This document shows positions 48,888 to 58,163 of a stretch of DNA of 64,000 nucleotides, piece after piece (positions within the stretch are counted from its first letter, which is position 1; every line of letters begins with the position of its first letter). The translations under genes and the position numbers were made by a program. This DNA is from Tepidiformaceae bacterium (GTDB lineage: Bacteria; Chloroflexota; Dehalococcoidia; Tepidiformales; Tepidiformaceae). The notes under the pieces are model-generated. The model was not told the DNA's origin. It worked only from the letters and a program-made list of their open reading frames with translations, and ran no database searches. The DNA lies in the NCBI GenBank assembly GCA_965116545.1, contig OZ220695.1:2632408-2696407 (forward strand), written 5' to 3'.

Positions 48888-49794
48888 GTTCCGCCACCGC
48901 CTCCGGCCGGAAGATGTCCTCCAGCGACTGCCGTCGCTGCTCCAGCCGCACCAGCCCCATCTCCATCTCGACGATGCAGTCGCGGATGGCGTCGTACGGG
49001 TCCACGCCGTTCAGGGCCACATGCGCGATGAAGCCCTCCCCGCGTGCCTCGAAGCCGCGTTCCGTGAGCGCATCCGCCAGGGCCCCCGCATCCCCCTCGA
49101 CCTCCACCTCCAGCGACCCCAGCCCCGCCGTGAACTCCGCCACCGCCCCCGACTGCACCAGCCGCCCCCCGTCGATCACGACCAGCCAGTCGCACACCCG
49201 CTCGATCTCCCCTAGCAGGTGCGACGACATCAGCACCGCGATGCCGAACTCGCGGCCCGTTCGCCGCACCAGGTCCAGCATCTCCTCGCGCCCCGCCGGG
49301 TCGAGGCCGTTCGTGGGCTCGTCCAGGAAGATCAGGCGCGGGTCGTGGACAAGCGCCTGCGCGAGCTTCACGCGCTGTTTCATGCCCGTCGAGTACCCAC
49401 CCATCTCCCGGTAGCGCTCCTCGAACAGGCCCACGTGGCGGAGCGTCTCCGCCGTCCGTTCGCGGGCGGCGGTGCGGGGCAGACCGCTCACCTCCGCCAG
49501 GTGGGTCACGAACTCCGTCGCCGAGAGATCGGGCGGCAGGCAGTCGTGCTCCGGCATGTAGCCCACGATGCTTCGGATCTCGCGTCCCTGCGTGTTCACG
49601 TCCATGCCCAGCACGTGGGCGGCGCCGCGCGTCGCGGGCAGCAGCCCCAACAGGATCTTGATGAGCGTGCTCTTGCCCGCCCCGTTCGCCCCCACCAGCC
49701 CGATAACCCCCGGCTCCACATGGATGTCGAGCGCGTCCAGCGCCAGGACGCGGGGGTATTGCTTCGTCAGGGCCTGAGTTTCGATCAGGGGCAC
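48880..49794 (-). CDS. ABC transporter ATP-binding protein
   Basis: Walker A GANGAGKST, signature YSTGMKQR, Walker B IFLDEPTNGLD, H-loop SSHLL. Confidence 0.93.
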   Translation of the reverse strand: MPLIETQALTKQYPRVLALDALDIHVEPGVIGLVGANGAGKSTLIKILLGLLPATRGAAHVLGMDVNTQGREIRSIVGYMPEHDCLPPDLSATEFVTHLAEVSGLPRTAARERTAETLRHVGLFEERYREMGGYSTGMKQRVKLAQALVHDPRLIFLDEPTNGLDPAGREEMLDLVRRTGREFGIAVLMSSHLLGEIERVCDWLVVIDGGRLVQSGAVAEFTAGLGSLEVEVEGDAGALADALTERGFEARGEGFIAHVALNGVDPYDAIRDCIVEMEMGLVRLEQRRQSLEDIFRPEAVAERV

Positions 49795-49839
49795 GGCTCT
49801 ATCCTAGCCGCTCGCAAGGATCGGGGCTGCGCCGGCGGG

Positions 49840-51024
49840 TCAGGCTCCGGTCAGTGCGACCGGCAGGGAGGTGTAGCCAAGCACGACACCCGTGCCCGTC
49901 TGCCGCACCGGCGGCGCCGCCGGCTCGATCGTGGCGAAGCGGTCGAGCCACGTGTTCAGCGTAATCCGCGCCTCCGCCCGCGCCAGCGGCGAGCCCAGGC
50001 AGTAGTGCGTCCCGTGCCCGAAACCCACGTGCGCGTGCAAATCGCGCTTCAGCATGAACTCGTCCGGCTCGTCCCACTCCTCCGGATCGCGGTTGGCCGC
50101 CCCGTAGAAGACGCCCACCCGCTGGTCTGCCGGGATCGTCACCCCATTTAGCTCCACATCCCGGGTCGTCCGCCGGAAGAGCACCTGCACGGGACTCTCG
50201 TAGCGCAACATCTCCTCGATCAGCTGCGGGATCAGCGAGCGGTCCTCCCGCAGCTGCGCCCACAGGTCCGGGCGCTGCGAGAGGAAGGCGATCATGTTCC
50301 CCATCAGGTTCGTCGTCGTTTCGTTCCCCGCGATCAGGAGCAGCATGCAGAAGCCGAGCACTTCCCAGTCCTCCAGCGCCTCCCCCTCGATCTCCGCTTC
50401 CACCAGCGCCGTGATCAGATCCTCCGCCCCGTGCTGCCGGCGTGCCGCCGCCATCTGCCCGAAGTAGGCCATCATCTCCTGCGTCGATTGCTGCCGTTCC
50501 TCCCTCGACCGTGGGTGGACGCCCAGCGCGTCGTCCGTCCACTTCTTGAAGGTCTGGTACTCCTCCCGCGGGATGCCCAGCAGTTCCGCGATGGCCATCA
50601 CCGGCAGCGGCATCGTGTAGTTCTGGACTACCTCCAGCTCGCCTCCGGGCGCTCCCTCCAGGAGCTCGTTCACGACCGACTGCAGCCAGGGCTCCAGCTC
50701 CCGGATGCGCCGTGGCGTGAACGCCTTGTTCACCAGCTTGCGAAAGCGCGTGTGGCGCGGCGGGTCGTCGTTCAGCAGCACCAGCCGCATCGAGCTGTTA
50801 CTGGACTGCCCCCCGGTTGACTGCGACGAAAACGTCTCGTGGTCGGCCAGCGCGCCGTACACGTCCTCGTACCGAAGCAGTGCCCACAGCCCTCCCGCCG
50901 ACGATCCCGCTTCCTGCCCGAAGAAGATCGGCGACTGCGCCCGCAGCCGGTCGTACTCGGGATACGGGTTGGCGTTGCACTCCGTTGTCATCAGCGTGGT
51001 GGCGGTCGCGGTCGGTGCGGTCAT
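49840..51024 (-). CDS. Cytochrome P450
   Basis: I-helix LLLIAGNETT, ExxR EEMLRYESP, and the heme-thiolate loop FGHGTHYCLGSPLA. ATG 51024 chosen. Confidence 0.93.
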   Translation of the reverse strand: MTAPTATATTLMTTECNANPYPEYDRLRAQSPIFFGQEAGSSAGGLWALLRYEDVYGALADHETFSSQSTGGQSSNSSMRLVLLNDDPPRHTRFRKLVNKAFTPRRIRELEPWLQSVVNELLEGAPGGELEVVQNYTMPLPVMAIAELLGIPREEYQTFKKWTDDALGVHPRSREERQQSTQEMMAYFGQMAAARRQHGAEDLITALVEAEIEGEALEDWEVLGFCMLLLIAGNETTTNLMGNMIAFLSQRPDLWAQLREDRSLIPQLIEEMLRYESPVQVLFRRTTRDVELNGVTIPADQRVGVFYGAANRDPEEWDEPDEFMLKRDLHAHVGFGHGTHYCLGSPLARAEARITLNTWLDRFATIEPAAPPVRQTGTGVVLGYTSLPVALTGA

Positions 51025-51152
51025 CGACTCTCTCCCTGGAGGCGTTTGGCCGCTGGAGTCTACTGGACCCCTCCCCGGCCGCCTTCCTGTTTCGCCCTCG
51101 CGGGCGGGCGGGTAGCATCTCGCCACGCCCGTCTGGCGCCCGGAGAAGCGAC

Positions 51153-52745
51153 ATGGAAGTCCCCATGGTCGTCAACGATTTCCTCTTCCGCGCGGAGAGC
51201 CTCTACGGTCCCAAGGAGGCCATCGTCGATGGCGACAAGCGCTTCACCTACGCCGAGTTCGCCAGGCGCTGCTACAAGCTCGCCCACGGCCTCGCGAGCC
51301 TCGGCGTTGGCAAGGGCGACCGCGTCGGCATCCTCAGTCCCAACAGTCACCACTTCCTCGAGTCCTTCTACGGCACCTCTCTTCTCGGCGCCGTCCTCGT
51401 GCCCCTCAACTACCGCCTCGTCTCCGAGGACTTCCAGTACGCCTTCTCCCACTCCGGGGCGAAGGTCATCATCGCCGACTCCGACCTGACCGCCGCGCTC
51501 GACGCCATCCGCCCCGATCTCCCCGATGTCGAGCACTGGATCGTCGCCCGCTACGGCGACGCCTCCGTGCCCGCCGGCTGGCAGGACTGGGAGGAGTTGG
51601 TCGCTGGTCAGCCGGAGACCGTCCCCGCCGATCCTGGACTCGACGAGAACGACCTCGTCAGCATCAACTACACATCCGGCACCACTGCCCGACCCAAGGG
51701 CGTAATGCTCACCCACCGCAACTTCTACGCGAACGCCTACCACTTCATCGCCCACCTCGGCATCAGCCACGACGATGTCGAGATGTGGACCCTGCCGATG
51801 TTCCACTGCAACGGCTGGGGCGGCGTCTACGCCCTCACCGCCATGGGCGCGAAGCACGTCATCGTGCGCACCCCCGAGCCCGACCTGCTCTACGGCCTCA
51901 TGCGCGACGAGGGCGTCACCTTCGCCTGCATGGCCCCCGCCGTGCTCGCCCGCATCCTCGATTTCGAGGACGCCGGCGAATACGAGATTGCCACCAGCCC
52001 CCGCTTCGTCTGCGCCGGCGCCCCGCCCCCCATCACCTTCATCGAGCGCCTGGAGAAGGAGCGCGGCTGGACCTTCATGCAGATATACGGCCTCACCGAG
52101 ACTGCCCCCATCCTCACCGTGGCCGAGCCCAAGCCCCACGTGAACACCGACGGGGACGCGCTCTACCGGCTCAAGGGCCGCGCTGGCCACCCCTCCGTCG
52201 GCGTCCAGCTTCGCGTCGTCGGCGAAGGCGGCCGCGACGTCCCCTGGGACGACACCGCCATCGGCGAGGTCGCGGCCCGCGGCAACATGGTCTTCAAGGG
52301 CTACTGGAACCAGCCCGAGGAGACCGCCAAGGTCGTCCGCGACGGCTACTTCTATACGGGCGACCTCGCCACTGTGAACGAGCACGGCTACATCAACATC
52401 GTCGACCGCGCCAAGGACGTCATCATCTCCGGCGGCGAGAACATCTCCTCCATCGAGGTCGAGGACGTGCTCTACCGGCACCCCAAGGTGCTTGAGGCCG
52501 CCGTCGTGGGCATCCCCAGCGAGCGTTGGGGCGAGACGCCCCTCGCCGTCATCGTCCTCCAGCAAGGCGAGGAGTCCAGCGCCGACGAGATCGTCGACTT
52601 CTGCCGCGAGAACATGGCGCACTTCAAGGTGCCCCGCCAGATCGAATTCGTCACCGAGCTCCCGCGCACCGCCACCGGCAAGCTCAAGAAGTTCGAGCTG
52701 CGCGAACCGTACTGGGCCGCCAGCGGCGGCCGACGCGTCAACTGA
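51153..52745 (+). CDS. AMP-dependent acyl-CoA synthetase/ligase
   Basis: AMP-binding motifs INYTSGTTARPKGV, YGLTET, GDLATVNEHGYINIVDRAKD, and the terminal PRTATGKLKK. ATG 51153 chosen, since the upstream ORF extension is antisense to the P450 gene. Confidence 0.93.
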   Translation: MEVPMVVNDFLFRAESLYGPKEAIVDGDKRFTYAEFARRCYKLAHGLASLGVGKGDRVGILSPNSHHFLESFYGTSLLGAVLVPLNYRLVSEDFQYAFSHSGAKVIIADSDLTAALDAIRPDLPDVEHWIVARYGDASVPAGWQDWEELVAGQPETVPADPGLDENDLVSINYTSGTTARPKGVMLTHRNFYANAYHFIAHLGISHDDVEMWTLPMFHCNGWGGVYALTAMGAKHVIVRTPEPDLLYGLMRDEGVTFACMAPAVLARILDFEDAGEYEIATSPRFVCAGAPPPITFIERLEKERGWTFMQIYGLTETAPILTVAEPKPHVNTDGDALYRLKGRAGHPSVGVQLRVVGEGGRDVPWDDTAIGEVAARGNMVFKGYWNQPEETAKVVRDGYFYTGDLATVNEHGYINIVDRAKDVIISGGENISSIEVEDVLYRHPKVLEAAVVGIPSERWGETPLAVIVLQQGEESSADEIVDFCRENMAHFKVPRQIEFVTELPRTATGKLKKFELREPYWAASGGRRVN

Positions 52746-52847
52746 AAGTACGGTGCATGCAGTGCTTTCACTGCCAGCGTTGATTGCGAATCACTGCATG
52801 CACTGCTAGCGTTGCAGGCAACAGGTGTGTCGATCGGGAGGCCAATC

Positions 52848-53126
52848 GTGGCAAGCATCACTGTCCGGAACCTGGACGAAGGACTGAAGCGACGCCTGCG
52901 CATTCGCGCGGCCGAGAACGGCAGGTCCATGGAGCAGGAGGTGCGGGAGATCCTCGGCGACGCCCTCGGCGAGGATCCCGCGCCGCCCGAGGAGCCCCCC
53001 GGGACAGGCGCGGATCTCGCCGCCGGCATCATGGCCCTCTTTGCCCCCATCCACGCCGAATTCGGCGACATCGAACTGGAACTACCGCCCCGCGACCCCG
53101 TGCGCGAACCGCCACGGTTCGACTAA
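52848..53126 (+). CDS. Ribbon-helix-helix antitoxin (FitA/VapB-like)
   Basis: VASITVRNLDEGLKRRLRIRAAENGRSMEQEVREIL is the FitA-like/Arc-type RHH pattern. Sits directly upstream of a PIN gene. GTG 52848 chosen. Confidence 0.8.
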   Translation: MASITVRNLDEGLKRRLRIRAAENGRSMEQEVREILGDALGEDPAPPEEPPGTGADLAAGIMALFAPIHAEFGDIELELPPRDPVREPPRFD

Positions 53127-53135
53127 CGCTGACCG

Positions 53136-53555
53136 GTGATCATCGTCGACACGAACGTCGTCTCCGAGTTGAGGCGTCCGGCTCCGGACCTGAACGTGGT
53201 TGGGTGGTTCGCCCGTCAACCCGAAGAAGACCTGTTCCTGACCGCCGTGAGCGAAGCTGAGTTGCGCTACGGCATCGAGATCCTGCCTGCGGGTCAGCGC
53301 CGAACCAGGCTGGCCATGGCCACTGAGCGCATGCTCCAGCACTACTTCGCCGGCAGCATCCTGCCCTTCGACAGCGATGCCGCCCTCGCCTACGCCACGA
53401 TAGCGGCCGCACGCCGAGCCGAGGGTGACCCCATCAGCCAGGCGGACTGCCAGATCGCGGCGATTGCCCGTTCGCGAGGCGCGCCAGTCGCGACGCGAGA
53501 CGTCAGCGACTTCGGCGGATGCGGCATCGACGTGATCAATCCCTGGGGCGCCTGA
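53136..53555 (+). CDS. vapC: PIN-domain toxin VapC (FitB-like)
   Basis: MIIVDTNVVSELRR...SEAELRYG...QIAAIARSRGAPVATRDVSDF. 139 aa. Confidence 0.88.
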   Translation: MIIVDTNVVSELRRPAPDLNVVGWFARQPEEDLFLTAVSEAELRYGIEILPAGQRRTRLAMATERMLQHYFAGSILPFDSDAALAYATIAAARRAEGDPISQADCQIAAIARSRGAPVATRDVSDFGGCGIDVINPWGA

Positions 53556-53595
53556 GCCCCGCCACTTAGCTTCCGCCGTACCCGGTAACATCCCC

Positions 53596-53660
53596 CACCC
53601 CACCGACCACCGACCACCGACCACCGACCACCGACCACCGACCACCGACCACCGACCACC
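53596..53660 (+). repeat. Heptanucleotide microsatellite (CACCGAC) x 8 plus partial copies
   Basis: Perfect copies at 53601-53656, flanked by CACCC and CACC partial units. Followed at once by AGGAGG (53661-53666) and the ATG at 53672. Confidence 0.92.
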
Positions 53661-53671
53661 AGGAGGCACCC

Positions 53672-54019
53672 ATGATCGTCATCGCCGGAAGCATCGACCT
53701 CGACCCCGCCCTGCGCGACCAGGCCCTCGCCACCGCCGGCCCCCATATCGACGGCGCCCTCGAGGAACCCGGCTGCCGCAACTACGAGTGGACCGCCGAC
53801 CCCCGCGTCGCCGAGCGCATCTGGGTCTACGAGTTGTGGGACGACGAGGCATCCCTGCGCTTTCACTTCGAGAACGCTCCCTATCGCGACATGGGCGCAC
53901 ACCTCGGCGCTCACGGCATCACGGGTTCCAAGATCAGCAAGTTCCGCGTGGACCTCGAGGAGCCTGTCTACGACGACACGGGCACGCCGCGCGCCGACTT
54001 CTTCACCGCCACCGACTAA
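53672..54019 (+). CDS. Antibiotic biosynthesis monooxygenase (ABM) / dimeric alpha-beta barrel family protein
   Basis: 115 aa. EPGCRNYEW...WVYELWDDEASLRFHFENAPY is typical of ABM/YgiN-like proteins. Strong AGGAGG SD. Confidence 0.75.
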   Translation: MIVIAGSIDLDPALRDQALATAGPHIDGALEEPGCRNYEWTADPRVAERIWVYELWDDEASLRFHFENAPYRDMGAHLGAHGITGSKISKFRVDLEEPVYDDTGTPRADFFTATD

Positions 54020-54033
54020 CCAGACGGGCGTCT

Positions 54034-54930
54034 CTACGAGATCAGGATGATGCCCGCCACCGCAACGGCTACGCCCACCAGCAGCCAGAGGGTCAGCCGC
54101 TCGCCCAGGAAGATCGCTCCCAGGGGCACGGCGAAGAGTGGGGAGATGGCGCTCGCGACGGCGGCCCGCCCCACGCCCGCCTCCTGCACGGCGTAGATCC
54201 AGAGCAGGCTGCCGACCCCTGTGCCGGCCAGACCCGCCAGGAAGAGTGCGCCGTGGTCGAAGCGCGAGATGTTCCACCGGCGGACGTTCGATCGCGGCAT
54301 CGCCGCGGCCACGAAACCCACCAGGAGTGCGCTTGCGGGTAGCCGCAGCGCCGTGACCGCGATCGGGTTCTGTCCCTCGACTGCGTCCCCCAGCCAGACG
54401 GTCGCAATCGCCCAGATGAGTGCCGTAATCCCCACGAGAGCCAGTCCGCGCGGGACGTTCCCGCCGCCGGTTACGCCCGCCGCCGGCGCTCCCCGCTTCC
54501 GCCCCCGAAGGGCCACCAGGTAGACGCCCGCCAGCACGAGCAGCGAGCCAACCACCTCGGCCAGCGTGATCGCGTCGCCCAGAAACACGATTCCGAGCAC
54601 GTAGGTCAGGAAGACGAAGAGCCCCAGGCTGATGGTGAAGGCGCGCGTCAGCCCAAGGGCGTTCAGCGAGAAGACGTAGAGCGTGTCGCCCAGCGAGTGG
54701 CCGACGAGCGCGGACCCGATCACCGCCAGCGCCACGGCCGCGTCCATCGCCTCGAAGCCGCCCGACACGATCACGAACGGCAGGGCGATCAGCAGGGCCA
54801 CCGCCCCCCACGCCCCCCGCACCGCGCTCACTGAGACGGCATCGACACGCGTCGACGACGACGCCATGAGCGTGCTCGCCACCGCCCAGATGGCGGCCGA
54901 GCCAATCCCCGCGAGGACTCCGGGATTCAC
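54034..54930 (-). CDS. EamA/DMT family transporter
   Basis: 298 aa, about 10 TM helices arranged as two EamA-like halves. Confidence 0.82.
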   Translation of the reverse strand: MNPGVLAGIGSAAIWAVASTLMASSSTRVDAVSVSAVRGAWGAVALLIALPFVIVSGGFEAMDAAVALAVIGSALVGHSLGDTLYVFSLNALGLTRAFTISLGLFVFLTYVLGIVFLGDAITLAEVVGSLLVLAGVYLVALRGRKRGAPAAGVTGGGNVPRGLALVGITALIWAIATVWLGDAVEGQNPIAVTALRLPASALLVGFVAAAMPRSNVRRWNISRFDHGALFLAGLAGTGVGSLLWIYAVQEAGVGRAAVASAISPLFAVPLGAIFLGERLTLWLLVGVAVAVAGIILIS

Positions 54931-55076
54931 GGGTCAGCGGAGAGTCGCGGGTCGAACGAACATGGCGGCTCTCCCTCTCGCTGCGGGGCTGCGTGCGTCC
55001 GCACGCACCGGCAGGATAGCGCCTCGCCTGACGCGGGGCGCACGCCCTCCCTCCGGGCACGCTACACTGCCGCGCC

Positions 55077-56096
55077 ATGCAGGCAGGAATCATCACCGGC
55101 AAAGAGATCGTCGAACTCCTCGAGTTCACCGAACCCACTCCCGCGGAGGACGAGGCCGTCGTCCGCATCAGTTACTGCGGCATCTGCGGCACCGACCTCC
55201 ATGCCTACCAGTCGGGGGTGATGGAGAATCCCGCCGTCTGCGGCCACGAGTGGATGGGTGAGGTCGCCGCCGTGGGCGCGGGCGTGACCAACTTCCGCGA
55301 GGGCGACCGCGTCATCGGCGGCATCGCCCCGCCCTGCGGCGACTGCGCCGCCTGCCGCTCCGGCTACGCCAGCGACTGCCCCCACCAGCTCGGCAGCCTC
55401 ATGGGCACCGCCCACGGCGGCTTCGCTCCCGCCATCACCGCCAACGTCCGCCGCCTCACGCCCGTCCCCGATGGCCTCGACGACCTCGATGCCGCCATGG
55501 TCGAACCCCTCGCGGTTGCCCTCCACGGCGCCCGCCGCACCGATATCCGCCTCGGTGACAGCGTCGCCGTTATCGGCGCCGGCCCCATCGGCCTCCTGAC
55601 GCTGCAGTGCGCCCGTGCCGCCGGCGCCGGGCGCGTCGACGTGATCGAGCCGGTCGCCGACCGCGCCGCCCTCGCCCTCGAGCTCGGCGCCGACCGCGTC
55701 TTCAACCCGCGTGAGGACGACGTTGCTGCCGGCCTCGCCGACGTCACCGGCGGCCTCGGGCCCGACGTCGTTTTCGAGTGCGCCGGGATCGCCCCCACCA
55801 TCCAGCACGCCGTGGACTACGTCCGCCGGGGTGGCGCCGTGACCCTCGTCGGCCTCGCCAACGAGGATGCCACCATCAACCCGGGTACGTGGATCTCCAA
55901 GGAAGTGCGGCTCGTGGCCTCGGTTGCCTACACCCACAAGGAGTTCGCCATCGCCGCCGACCTGATCTCATCCGGACGCATCCAGGTGCGACCGCTGCAC
56001 ACGCACACGGCGCCCCTGTCGAACATCGCGGACGCCTTCTCGCTCCTGAACGGGGACCGCAGCCAGATCAAGATCCTCGTCGACCCCCGCGGCTAG
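55077..56096 (+). CDS. Zinc-dependent medium-chain alcohol/polyol dehydrogenase
   Basis: CGICGTDLH, GHEWMGEV, structural-zinc Cys cluster CGDCAACRSGYASDC, Rossmann VIGAGPIGL. Confidence 0.9.
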   Translation: MQAGIITGKEIVELLEFTEPTPAEDEAVVRISYCGICGTDLHAYQSGVMENPAVCGHEWMGEVAAVGAGVTNFREGDRVIGGIAPPCGDCAACRSGYASDCPHQLGSLMGTAHGGFAPAITANVRRLTPVPDGLDDLDAAMVEPLAVALHGARRTDIRLGDSVAVIGAGPIGLLTLQCARAAGAGRVDVIEPVADRAALALELGADRVFNPREDDVAAGLADVTGGLGPDVVFECAGIAPTIQHAVDYVRRGGAVTLVGLANEDATINPGTWISKEVRLVASVAYTHKEFAIAADLISSGRIQVRPLHTHTAPLSNIADAFSLLNGDRSQIKILVDPRG

Positions 56097-56098
56097 CG

Positions 56099-57532
56099 TC
56101 AGGGGCGCTCCAGCGCCGGGGCGCCCGGCTCAAGCGGTCCGCCGGCGGCCGCCTTTGGCCGGTCGCGAATCTCGAGCGAGGCGAAGAGGTTGAGGATCGC
56201 CCCGCCCGCCAGCACGAGCGCCAGCAGCCGGAACGCTCCCTCCCCCGGGTCGGGACCGAGCAGGGCCGCGATCACCGCTGCCCCCACGATCGCGCCCGCG
56301 TAGCGCATCATCGAGAACGTCCCCGAGACAGAGCCCGCCACCTCCCGTCCCCACGCCTCCAGCGCCGCCGATGAACGCGCCGGCCCCGAGATGCCGAGCC
56401 CGATCCCCACGCCGATCAGCGGCCCGATGATCGCGGCCAGCGGCGGGTCGTCGAAGAGCACCACCAGCGCGACGGTCGCGACCGCGATGACGAAGCCGCC
56501 CCCGAGCAGGAGCGGCCTGCGCCCCACCCGGTCCGTCAGCGCCCCGCCCACCGGCGAGAGCGCGATCATGGCCGCCATCAGCGAGAACAGCACGAGGCTC
56601 ACGACCTGGTCGCTCACACCCCGCAGGTCGACGAGGTAGAGCGGCAGGCTCACGAGGAACGAGTACATCACCAGGTTGGTCAGCGCCTGGCTGCTCGCCG
56701 CCGCCCGGAAATTCCGGGCCCCGAAGAACCGAAACTCAACGATGCTCCCGCCCCTGCGCGACCGCAGCCAGTAGGCAGCCACCGTGACCGGCAGCAGCGC
56801 TCCGCCCGCGATCAGGAATGCCGGATTCTCCACCCGCGTGGCGCTCCCGATGAGGACCAGGCTGGCGAAGATGAGCACCAGCGCTCCGAGTGAAGGCAGG
56901 TCGATGTTGAGAGTCGAGCGCCCGTGCCCCTTGTCCGGCTTCAGCCGCAGCAGCATTGCGATTGCGACCACGGAGAGCGGCACGTTCACGAGGAACAGCA
57001 GCCGCCAGTCCCCCGCCAGCAGCAGCGCCCCGCCGACCACGGGACCGGTGGCCGCCGCGATCGAGAGCGCCGCCCCGTTCATGCCAAGCACCGTTCCCAG
57101 CCGCGCCGAGGGCGTCCGCCTGCGCAGCACGGCGATGCCGTTCGGTAGCACCAGCGCCGTCGCCGCCCCCTGCAGGCCCCGCATCAGGATCAGCATCGGC
57201 AGGTTCGTGGCCAGCGCCGAGATGGCCGAGATGGCGATCAACAGGACAAGCCCGACCATCATCGTGCGGATCGAGCCGAACGCGTCCCCCAGCCGCCCGG
57301 ATACGGGCTGCATCGCCGCCACCGCCACCAGGTAGACGCTGATGAGCAGCGCCATCTCCCCCACGCCTACGTCGAAGTGCGACCGGATCGCGGGCAGTCC
57401 CACCGCCAGCATCGTGCTGTTCAGCGGCGTCAGCATCGCCGCGAGCGCCACCGTCGCCTGGAACTCGATACTTCGCCAACCGCCGCCTAGGACCAGCGCG
57501 GAGTCTTCTGCCTCCGGGGAATCTCGCTGCAC
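56099..57532 (-). CDS. MFS transporter (DHA2/EmrB-like, about 14 TM)
   Basis: 477-aa polytopic protein. An MFS motif A-like GRLGDAFGSIR, and a length and helix count typical of drug:H+ antiporter-2. Confidence 0.85.
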   Translation of the reverse strand: MQRDSPEAEDSALVLGGGWRSIEFQATVALAAMLTPLNSTMLAVGLPAIRSHFDVGVGEMALLISVYLVAVAAMQPVSGRLGDAFGSIRTMMVGLVLLIAISAISALATNLPMLILMRGLQGAATALVLPNGIAVLRRRTPSARLGTVLGMNGAALSIAAATGPVVGGALLLAGDWRLLFLVNVPLSVVAIAMLLRLKPDKGHGRSTLNIDLPSLGALVLIFASLVLIGSATRVENPAFLIAGGALLPVTVAAYWLRSRRGGSIVEFRFFGARNFRAAASSQALTNLVMYSFLVSLPLYLVDLRGVSDQVVSLVLFSLMAAMIALSPVGGALTDRVGRRPLLLGGGFVIAVATVALVVLFDDPPLAAIIGPLIGVGIGLGISGPARSSAALEAWGREVAGSVSGTFSMMRYAGAIVGAAVIAALLGPDPGEGAFRLLALVLAGGAILNLFASLEIRDRPKAAAGGPLEPGAPALERP

Positions 57533-57610
57533 GCCCCCATGTTAACGACCCTTAACGGGACACCAACGCCCGTTGGACCGCGACGGTTCGGTGACCCGGC
57601 AGTATCCCGG

Positions 57611-58072
57611 CTACGTGCAGCAGACCTCGGCGTTCGCCTCGCAGGATGAGGCCCCGCCTTCAACCAGCGGTATCTCATCGAGCGGCGTGATGAGCTGTCG
57701 CGCCGGCGATGGGTTGTCGTCGGTGATGGCGTAGACCTCCCAGCGCAGCCCGCTCGGGTCTGTGGCCCACACCTTGTCCTGCTCGGCGTGGCAACACACC
57801 ACGCCGTCCTCGACCTCCAGGTCGTGGCCAAGGCCGCCCAGCCGTTCGGACTGCGTGGCCACTTCGGCGGTCGTATCAACCTCGATGCCGATGTGGTTCA
57901 GGTCGCCCCCATGCCCGTTCTCGAACAGGATCAGCTTCAGGGGCGGGTTCGCCACCTCGAAGTTCGCGTAGCCCTCCCGCACCTTGTGCGGCTCAGTCTG
58001 GAAAAGGTCGCGGTAGAAGGTGATCGCGGAGTCGAGGTCCGCCACGTTCAACGCCAACTGCACTCGTGCCAC
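57611..58072 (-). CDS. ArsI/CadI family VOC metalloprotein with vicinal Cys pair
   Basis: ARVQLALNVADLDSAITFY...PPLKLILFEN...NHIGIEV...VVCCHAEQDKVWATDPSGLRWEVY closely follows the CadI/ArsI pattern. Cys-rich tail SSCEANAEVCC. GTG 58072 with a GGGGA box upstream is chosen over the track start at 58144. Confidence 0.8.
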   Translation of the reverse strand: MARVQLALNVADLDSAITFYRDLFQTEPHKVREGYANFEVANPPLKLILFENGHGGDLNHIGIEVDTTAEVATQSERLGGLGHDLEVEDGVVCCHAEQDKVWATDPSGLRWEVYAITDDNPSPARQLITPLDEIPLVEGGASSCEANAEVCCT

Positions 58073-58163
58073 TCTGGTCCCCTGCTCGGCCGTTTGGCCG
58101 GTGTGGTCTGGTTCCAGTGTATGCAATGGCGTCCAGACCGGCACAAGCGGTGGCTGCCGGTCG

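Noticed and set aside
50817-51152. 112-codon upstream extension of the acyl-CoA synthetase ORF
   Set aside because: It overlaps the divergent P450 gene on the opposite strand and is Arg/Pro/Ser-rich. The conserved ligase N-terminus starts at ATG 51153.
53082-55168. Minus-strand ORFs containing (GGRWSVV)n
   Set aside because: Produced by reading through the CACCGAC microsatellite. The remainder is antisense to vapC, the ABM gene and the EamA gene.
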